From Candidatus Wolframiiraptor sinensis (GTDB lineage: Archaea > Thermoproteota > Nitrososphaeria_A > Caldarchaeales > Wolframiiraptoraceae), in assembly GCA_023261815.1 (NCBI GenBank), contig JALNKA010000005.1:1-52515 (forward strand): 52,515 nt of DNA, written 5' to 3'. Positions within the stretch are counted from its first letter, which is position 1; the number at the start of each line of letters is the position of its first letter. The position numbers were made by a program, and so were the translations under genes. The notes under the pieces were generated by a model. The model saw nothing but the letters and a program-made list of their open reading frames with translations, made no database searches and was not told where the DNA came from. Positions 47,701 to 52,515 of the stretch are shown piece by piece.

Positions 47701-48131
47701 TCGAGTCATCCTATAAGAGGTATGGAAGCATGCTCGAGAAGATAATGGGTCAGCTTAAGCTGGCCGAGAAGGTGGATGCCGTGGACGAATGCATGGTCGT
47801 GGAGAAGATGGTCGAGACGCACCTCCTCTCGGACATACTCGGAAACATGAGGGCATTCCTCCTACAGGAGTTCAAGTGCAAGCGATGCGGCGAGAAATAC
47901 CGGAGACCTCCTCTCGCGGGGGTTTGCATGAGCTGCGGCGGAGAAGTCTCCCAAACGGTCTTCAGAGGTGCTGTGGAGAAATATGTGGACCTGGTCGAGA
48001 ATCTCTTGCTGAAGAAGATCAGGGACTGCTACTTGTCGGAGAGAGTTGTGCTCGCGATCGAGAACGTCAGAAAGATATTCGGGGCCGAGGATCGAATGGG
48101 CCAGCCCTCGCTCGAGGAATTCTTAGACTAG
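44745..48131 (+). CDS. polC: DNA polymerase D large subunit DP2
   Basis: YFAGPIRSAGGT, IGARMGRPEKA, KDGTIRFD, HAAKRRDCDGDED, Zn fingers, PIP-like QPSLEEF. No intein. Confidence 0.97.
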   Translation: MNEEEYKALIEREFQRCYQVAVEARRRIGSPTPMVEILLAKDLAERVELLVGPKGVAEKIRKYFGKISQEKLAFRLAEELVSELRGRISDEELALQAIRTCLAVLTPPCITAAPTEGIVDVKIKRNPDGSKHLSVYFAGPIRSAGGTELASIILIADHVRKLLGLDKYKPTDEEVMRFIEELRTYQRRVSRFQYNVPEDLIEFILRRLPVEVTGIATDRIQASSFKGLSRIETDHIRGGALRVVNDGIAGRAKKVLKLVEELGLEGWDWIKYVAERMKELTSDEDEQSYLDELVGGRPLLSSSKTFGGLRIRYGRSFSTGMQAVGLHPLTLKLLMGYLTTGTQLKLDYPGKGGIISPVDSIEPPIVMLDDGSVLKLRSEEDLKSVEDKISRILFLGDILISIGDLIENNAEIRKPGYCEEWWAEELRERLDGAPPRLRELASWILEDPIRRKPSAEDAIRLSIALKIPLHPEYLPFWRNASIGDLEALRSWMKSNARDLVMDGGCAVLPWDEAAKQALTRILVEHIVSGKVIKIPLPWFKVLVACLRPFSDEKLEGEDPIQAVEMISGILQRDKAGSFIGARMGRPEKAAQREMSPPVNVLFPISDAGGSTRDIIAAAKNGKKVSVELSTRRCPKCGEVTWREKCPQCGEFTEIIGACVECGLEVEYGEGTRCPRCGGRVKFSRKFMVNVSEELYYVLRRLSEQAPTRLKGVKGLNSVAKTPELLEKGVLRAKYGLYIYKDGTIRFDATNAPLTHFTPRQISTPVEKLRELGYTHDIYGEDLVSPDQILELKPQDVVISRRAAEHLLKVSKFIDELLVKVAGMEPFYGFESIEDVVGALIVALSPHTYAGVVGRVIGFTDSLVCFAHPIFHAAKRRDCDGDEDSIMLLLDPLINFSRLYLPGRIGGKMDAPLLLTVIIDPKEVDEQAHNLDVLSRIPLEFYKLAERGGHISELAKVIPTIKMLLSEGKPLRIGFTHPQSSLVAHPIESSYKRYGSMLEKIMGQLKLAEKVDAVDECMVVEKMVETHLLSDILGNMRAFLLQEFKCKRCGEKYRRPPLAGVCMSCGGEVSQTVFRGAVEKYVDLVENLLLKKIRDCYLSERVVLAIENVRKIFGAEDRMGQPSLEEFLD

Positions 48132-48150
48132 CGCGTGAGGCTTTTCATCT

Positions 48151-49602
48151 TCAGTCGGCCGGTGATGGAGCTACTTCAAGCCTAACCCTCCTGAGCCTTA
48201 TGTGGGGGCCGCCCATCCAGACTGGGATGCCCTGCATCGGGTCGCCCTTCCCGCAGTAGCCGGCGAAGAACGCGAGATCCTTCCCAACCGCGTCTATCGA
48301 GGAGTAGAGGATCCGCGTAGTCATCTCCAAGACCGGATTTCTCACGGGATCGCGCAACTCGCCATCAACGATTCTATAAGCCTCGACGCCGACATACCTT
48401 TGATTCCACCGCTTATCATCTATATTCCACTCCTGGTAGCTCCTGATGTAGACCCCATCGCGTATATCCTCTATCAGCTCCTCGAAGGAGTGGTCTCCAG
48501 GCTTCATGTACGTCGTCGACATCCTTATGATGGGCTCGAGGTCATAACCCGCCGACCTCGCCGCCCCATTGCTCCTGACGCCGAATACCGCGGCCGTCTC
48601 CCGATTATGCAGAAGCTCTTTCAAGATGCCGTTCTCTATCAGCCTCCGCTCCCTCCCCTTAACGCCCTCATCATCATATGGGCTGTAGCCGAAGGATCGC
48701 GGAATCGTCGGATCATCGACGACCGTCACGACCTCTGATCCGATCTTGGTTCCAAGTAGCTCCGGCTTGATGTAGCTATCGCCTCCCTGAGCCAGCTCCC
48801 TGCCTAGAACCCTATCAGCCTCGCCTGGATGGCCCGCGGACTCATGGCAGATTATGCCGACGATCTCAGGCCCGAGCACGACGTCAACGGAATCTCTTGG
48901 AGGAGCTGTACCGCGCAATAGAACTGCGGCCACGCGCTCGACTTCGTCGGGAAAGGAATCGGCGGGTCTCCAGGCCTCGACTGCCTCCCAGCCCCTGGCC
49001 TCGCCAAGATGCTGGAATCTCTGAATGCTCCCGCGTTGTGGCGAGTAGAGCGTTATGAAGTACTCGAGGTAGGTTCTCGGGATCTTGGTGAGGACGTCGG
49101 CGCCATCGCTGTTCATGACCCGCTTCTCGAGGTCGAGTCTCCCAACTCTCAGGAACCTTGTCGCCTTTAAGCCATGCTTCTCGGCGGCCTTCAAAATCGC
49201 TGAATCAGTTTCTCTCAGGAATTCTATCTTTGCATCTAGCTCAACGGCTTCGAATCCTATTCTGGGCTTCACCTCGATTTTCGCTCTCGCCGTCTCCTCG
49301 GCGCTGAGCTTTATCCCATTCTTCATGAGGCGCGACGCGGCCATAGCCATGGAGAAAGCGGACTTGACCGCCTTTCTTACAGCGGATCTCGTGAGAAATG
49401 GGGTGGACGAGAATCCGAGAGCACCATTCACGAGAACCCTTATGCCGATGCCCTCATCAACTGATCTGGCTGTGATTTCCGGAGAGCCATTCTTCAGGAT
49501 GATGGCCTCCTCGATATCCTTCTGGTATCTGGCCTCTGCGTATTCTACGCCCAGCTTCCCAGCCTCATCGAGAGCAAATCTTAACAGGTCCTCGACCATC
49601 AA
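48151..49602 (-). CDS. tldD: TldD family metalloprotease
   Basis: HESAGHPGEADR, YDDEGV, SNGAAR, RMSTTY, GYCGKGDPMQ. Confidence 0.93.
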   Translation of the reverse strand: MMVEDLLRFALDEAGKLGVEYAEARYQKDIEEAIILKNGSPEITARSVDEGIGIRVLVNGALGFSSTPFLTRSAVRKAVKSAFSMAMAASRLMKNGIKLSAEETARAKIEVKPRIGFEAVELDAKIEFLRETDSAILKAAEKHGLKATRFLRVGRLDLEKRVMNSDGADVLTKIPRTYLEYFITLYSPQRGSIQRFQHLGEARGWEAVEAWRPADSFPDEVERVAAVLLRGTAPPRDSVDVVLGPEIVGIICHESAGHPGEADRVLGRELAQGGDSYIKPELLGTKIGSEVVTVVDDPTIPRSFGYSPYDDEGVKGRERRLIENGILKELLHNRETAAVFGVRSNGAARSAGYDLEPIIRMSTTYMKPGDHSFEELIEDIRDGVYIRSYQEWNIDDKRWNQRYVGVEAYRIVDGELRDPVRNPVLEMTTRILYSSIDAVGKDLAFFAGYCGKGDPMQGIPVWMGGPHIRLRRVRLEVAPSPAD

Positions 49603-49681
49603 TCATCCTCCGGGATTATGGTCCTTAAAAGAATTCATTTGCCGGGGGGTCGCGAAAATCAGCACTATCAAGCCTCACAAT

Positions 49682-49733
49682 TCAGATTGTTGATCCGTCA
49701 TCACTGCTCAGACGATGCGGGCTATCATCACCC
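49682..49733 (-). ncRNA. Box C/D sRNA 3
   Basis: Minus strand: GTGATGA-tagcccgcatcgt-CTGA-gca-GTGATGA-cggatcaacaat-CTGA. All four boxes match consensus. Confidence 0.93.
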
Positions 49734-49784
49734 AAAATGCTCCTTATGAAATCTTTGATTTAAAATTTCTCGCTACCTCGGAGC

Positions 49785-50804
49785 TCAAGAGCTCATGAAG
49801 TAGGATCTGAATGCTCTATCCCATAGCTTGAAGTTCCCGATCCTGCCCAGCGTTGATATGAATGCGCCAACCGGGCCGTAAAGCCTCCTAAGCTCCTCAA
49901 CGGTCTCCAAGTATTCCTCGATGAGCTTCTCGGGATCCCGTGGAATATCTGCTCCAGGTATCCCTATGATCTCGGCGGTCTTCCGTATAACCTCATCCTC
50001 GGCCACAAGAAATCCGATGAAGACCGGCACGTTTACCCCGGACTCCCGGAGCTTCTTGAGAGCTCTCTTCACCGGCTCGGCGTCGAAGATTAGCTGGGTC
50101 ACGAAAAACTCCGCTCCTGCTTCAAGCTTCCGCAGAGTTCTTGAGACCTCGATGTCGAGGGGCAAGTAGGGGTTCAGCCCCGCGCCGACCTGAATTCTCG
50201 GCTTGAGCTGAAGCTTGTTCCCCAGCTCATCAACGCCGTAATCCGACATGATTCTCGCCAAGTAGATCAGCCTGATCGAGTCCAGGTCGAAGACGGGCGC
50301 CGACTCCTCCCGCCCCAGCTTAGGGTGATCTCCGGTCAGGGCCAAAATATGCTCTAAGCCGCATAATCCCATGGCGAGTATCCTGGATTTTATCGCGAGC
50401 CTGCTCAAATCCCTGCAGGTGAGGTGGATCATCAGCTCGCATCCAAGCCTCTCCTTGAGCAGCTGGGTGAAGACCGCGGGCTCGATATGGAGCCTCGCCA
50501 GCGGGTTCTCGGGAACGCTCAGAGCCGTGAATGATAAACCCCTGAGAAGCTCAATGTCGTCGAAGGCTTTGGCGCTCGGCGGGATCTCGGCGATCCAGAC
50601 CGCTCTCTCCTCAACCTCCGCCAGAAGCTTGGTGAAGCTCTGCCTCCTCCGAATCTCCGGCCTAAACCTGAACCCGTGATCTAGAATAACCTTAGAGGGA
50701 TATTTCTCGGAGAAGATGCATTGGCGATCGCCGAGCTCGCAGGAGCCGTCGGGCTTCATCCCGCCGCATGGCCCATTCAGGACGCGCTTCGGGCACCCGC
50801 TCAA
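49785..50804 (-). CDS. metF: Methylenetetrahydrofolate reductase with N-terminal MetV-like Cys domain
   Basis: CPK..NGPCGG...C...C, EIPP, HLTCRD, LALTGD, KLEAGAEFFVTQ. Confidence 0.88.
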   Translation of the reverse strand: MSGCPKRVLNGPCGGMKPDGSCELGDRQCIFSEKYPSKVILDHGFRFRPEIRRRQSFTKLLAEVEERAVWIAEIPPSAKAFDDIELLRGLSFTALSVPENPLARLHIEPAVFTQLLKERLGCELMIHLTCRDLSRLAIKSRILAMGLCGLEHILALTGDHPKLGREESAPVFDLDSIRLIYLARIMSDYGVDELGNKLQLKPRIQVGAGLNPYLPLDIEVSRTLRKLEAGAEFFVTQLIFDAEPVKRALKKLRESGVNVPVFIGFLVAEDEVIRKTAEIIGIPGADIPRDPEKLIEEYLETVEELRRLYGPVGAFISTLGRIGNFKLWDRAFRSYFMSS

Positions 50805-50806
50805 GC

Positions 50807-51565
50807 CTACTCCATCCTCACTCTCAAGTATCTTGATCCCCTGAGGAGGAGATAGAGGTTGAGCGCCACGGCGAATGAGAAGATGATCATGATTCCCCTC
50901 TCGACGCCCACCACGGGGATGGCTGCTAGATACCAGGCCGCCATGGCCTCGGGCTCAAGCGATCCTAGCACATACCTGAAGACTATTATCGCCGCGAGGC
51001 TGCCGTAGAGGTGATCGGCGAAGACCCCTGACGCGCTTCCCGCGAGAATTCTGAGAACCAATCGCCCGATCCGCCCACCCGAGCCGAGAATCCCGCTAGC
51101 TAGCACTAGCGCCACAGCGGCCAAATAGTATATCGTGAAGATCGCGGTGAGCCTCCCGACATCCGTCGCGTACCAGAATGCCAGCATCACCCCGTAGATC
51201 CCGGCGGCATAAACCCATTTCGGGATTCCGAGCAGCCTCCCCCGATCAAATGTGAGGGATGATGTGAGGGCGCCAAGCGGCGCCGCGAAGATCGTCACGT
51301 AGTTGAAGAGCGTGTATTTTCCCGGTAGAAGGGTCATGGCCATGAGTGTCCCTATGAGCAGGGAGGCCGGCCCGAGAACATGGCCCAGTATGAGGCCGTA
51401 GATGGGGGAGAGGGCGATCGCGATCTCGATCTTGACCCCGGGGAAGCCTATGGCCGGTATTCCTGGAAGAATCTTCAAGACCACCATGTAGAGGGCGCTG
51501 AAGCTCGCGAGCAGCGCGACATCCAGACTAAGCTTTCTAACGCCTCTCCGCATGGATCTAGGCAC
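50807..51565 (-). CDS. ECF transporter S component-like membrane protein
   Basis: ALLASFSAL, PIYGLILG.VLG, about 7 TMs, ERGI near the C-terminus; between metF and glyA. Confidence 0.7.
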   Translation of the reverse strand: MPRSMRRGVRKLSLDVALLASFSALYMVVLKILPGIPAIGFPGVKIEIAIALSPIYGLILGHVLGPASLLIGTLMAMTLLPGKYTLFNYVTIFAAPLGALTSSLTFDRGRLLGIPKWVYAAGIYGVMLAFWYATDVGRLTAIFTIYYLAAVALVLASGILGSGGRIGRLVLRILAGSASGVFADHLYGSLAAIIVFRYVLGSLEPEAMAAWYLAAIPVVGVERGIMIIFSFAVALNLYLLLRGSRYLRVRME

Positions 51566-51626
51566 GAGGTCGCCGGAATATTAAACTTATAAGATATCTT
51601 TAGCCTCAAGCTGGTTGAAAGAGGAC

Positions 51627-52515
51627 ATGTATGAGGATGAGCTGAGGGAGATCTTGGATCTAATCCGTAAGCATAACACTTGGAGGAGGAGCGAGTGCAT
51701 CAACCTGATAGCGTCCGAGAATGTTACATCGCCTCTCGTTGACGCGGTTTATCTCTCGGATGCGATGCACCGCTACGCGGAGGGCCTGCCTTTCAAGCGC
51801 TTCTACCAGGGAACCAGATACGTGGATGAGCTTGAGGTCAAGGTCTCCAGCATATTCGCAGGGCTGTTCGGCGCGAAGTATTCAGATATTAGGCCGGTCT
51901 CGGGCACGATCGCAAACGCGACGGCTTTCGCGTGCTTGGCGAAGTATGGCGATGAGGCGGCCGTGCTACCGCTGCCCGGGGGCGCGCACGTCAGCCACTC
52001 CCGCTATGGAATACTCGGGAGGCTCGGGATAAAGCCGATTGAGCTGCCGATAATACCGGAGGACATGATGGTGGATGTGGACGGTGCGGTCAAGATTATC
52101 AGGGAGAGATCTCCGAGGATGGTGGTGCTTGGGGCGAGCGTCGTGATCTTCCCGCACCCGGTTAAGGAGATCTCGGAGGCGGCTCACGAGGTCGGCGCAC
52201 AGATGGTTTACGACGCGGCTCACGTTCTCGGCCTAATAGCTGGTAGGGCTTATCCGAATCCATTGGATGATGGCGCGGACGCGATCACCACTTCGACGCA
52301 TAAGACTTTCCCCGGCCCGCAGGGTGGAGCGATAATCACGAATAGCGGCGAGATCTACGAGAAGGTCTCGAAGATAGTATTCCCGGTTTTCGTCTCGAAT
52401 CATCACCTGCATAGGCTTGCAGCCCTAGGCGTGGCATCGCTGGAGATGAAGGCGTTCGGAAAAGAATATGCAAGCCAGATACTTCGGAACTCGAGGCGGC
52501 TTGCAGAGGAGCTCC
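51627..52515 (+). CDS. glyA: Serine hydroxymethyltransferase, truncated by the window end
   Basis: [38 protein letters not shown]. Absent from the ORF track because there is no stop in the window. Confidence 0.96.
   Translation, partial: MYEDELREILDLIRKHNTWRRSECINLIASENVTSPLVDAVYLSDAMHRYAEGLPFKRFYQGTRYVDELEVKVSSIFAGLFGAKYSDIRPVSGTIANATAFACLAKYGDEAAVLPLPGGAHVSHSRYGILGRLGIKPIELPIIPEDMMVDVDGAVKIIRERSPRMVVLGASVVIFPHPVKEISEAAHEVGAQMVYDAAHVLGLIAGRAYPNPLDDGADAITTSTHKTFPGPQGGAIITNSGEIYEKVSKIVFPVFVSNHHLHRLAALGVASLEMKAFGKEYASQILRNSRRLAEEL

Noticed and set aside
602-52223. Numerous Ser-rich or Pro/Leu-rich antisense and alternate-frame ORFs in the track
   Set aside because: They are shadows of well-supported genes and show no motifs.
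1-52515. CRISPR array, rRNA, SRP RNA, integrase, transposase or inteins
   Set aside because: None seen. AtpA, SMC and DP2 are of intein-free length, and no regularly spaced repeats were found.
1-52515. Very frequent CTCGAG and GAGCTC palindromes
   Set aside because: Explained by Leu-Glu and Glu-Leu codon usage (CTC, GAG) in coiled-coil-rich genes.

Overview
This is mostly core-genome DNA from a GC-rich thermophile-like archaeon. The combination of PolD DP2, Smc-ScpA-ScpB, TIP49 and a TFEbeta/RPC34-like gene points to Thermoproteota, probably Caldarchaeales ('Aigarchaeota'); that assignment is inferred. In order, the window holds: a convergently split A-type ATP synthase cluster, two box C/D sRNAs, a few accessory genes, an intron-containing tRNA-Trp, dcd with RNase P genes, tatAC, rps13, smc-scpAB, TIP49, rps8e-srp19-gar1-tfb-tfeB, RNA-modification genes, the proteasome/exosome/prefoldin superoperon, ECF ATPases, DP2, TldD, a third box C/D sRNA and a folate/C1 cluster (MTHFR, ECF S component, glyA truncated by the window end). 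The most unusual signal is an 87-nt non-coding element present twice in inverted orientation (24692-24778 and 36519-36605). It has a constant hairpin scaffold and pyrimidine-rich 3' end around a fixed-length 14-nt variable cassette, and each copy carries a variable segment complementary to the TATA region of the next downstream promoter. It is a candidate guide-type RNA family. Also notable: a duplicated soluble lobe in ATP synthase subunit I, an ACG start for atpC, an SMC hinge lacking the glycine motif, and two scars of one virus-like gene. No CRISPR array, rRNA, transposase or integrase was found.
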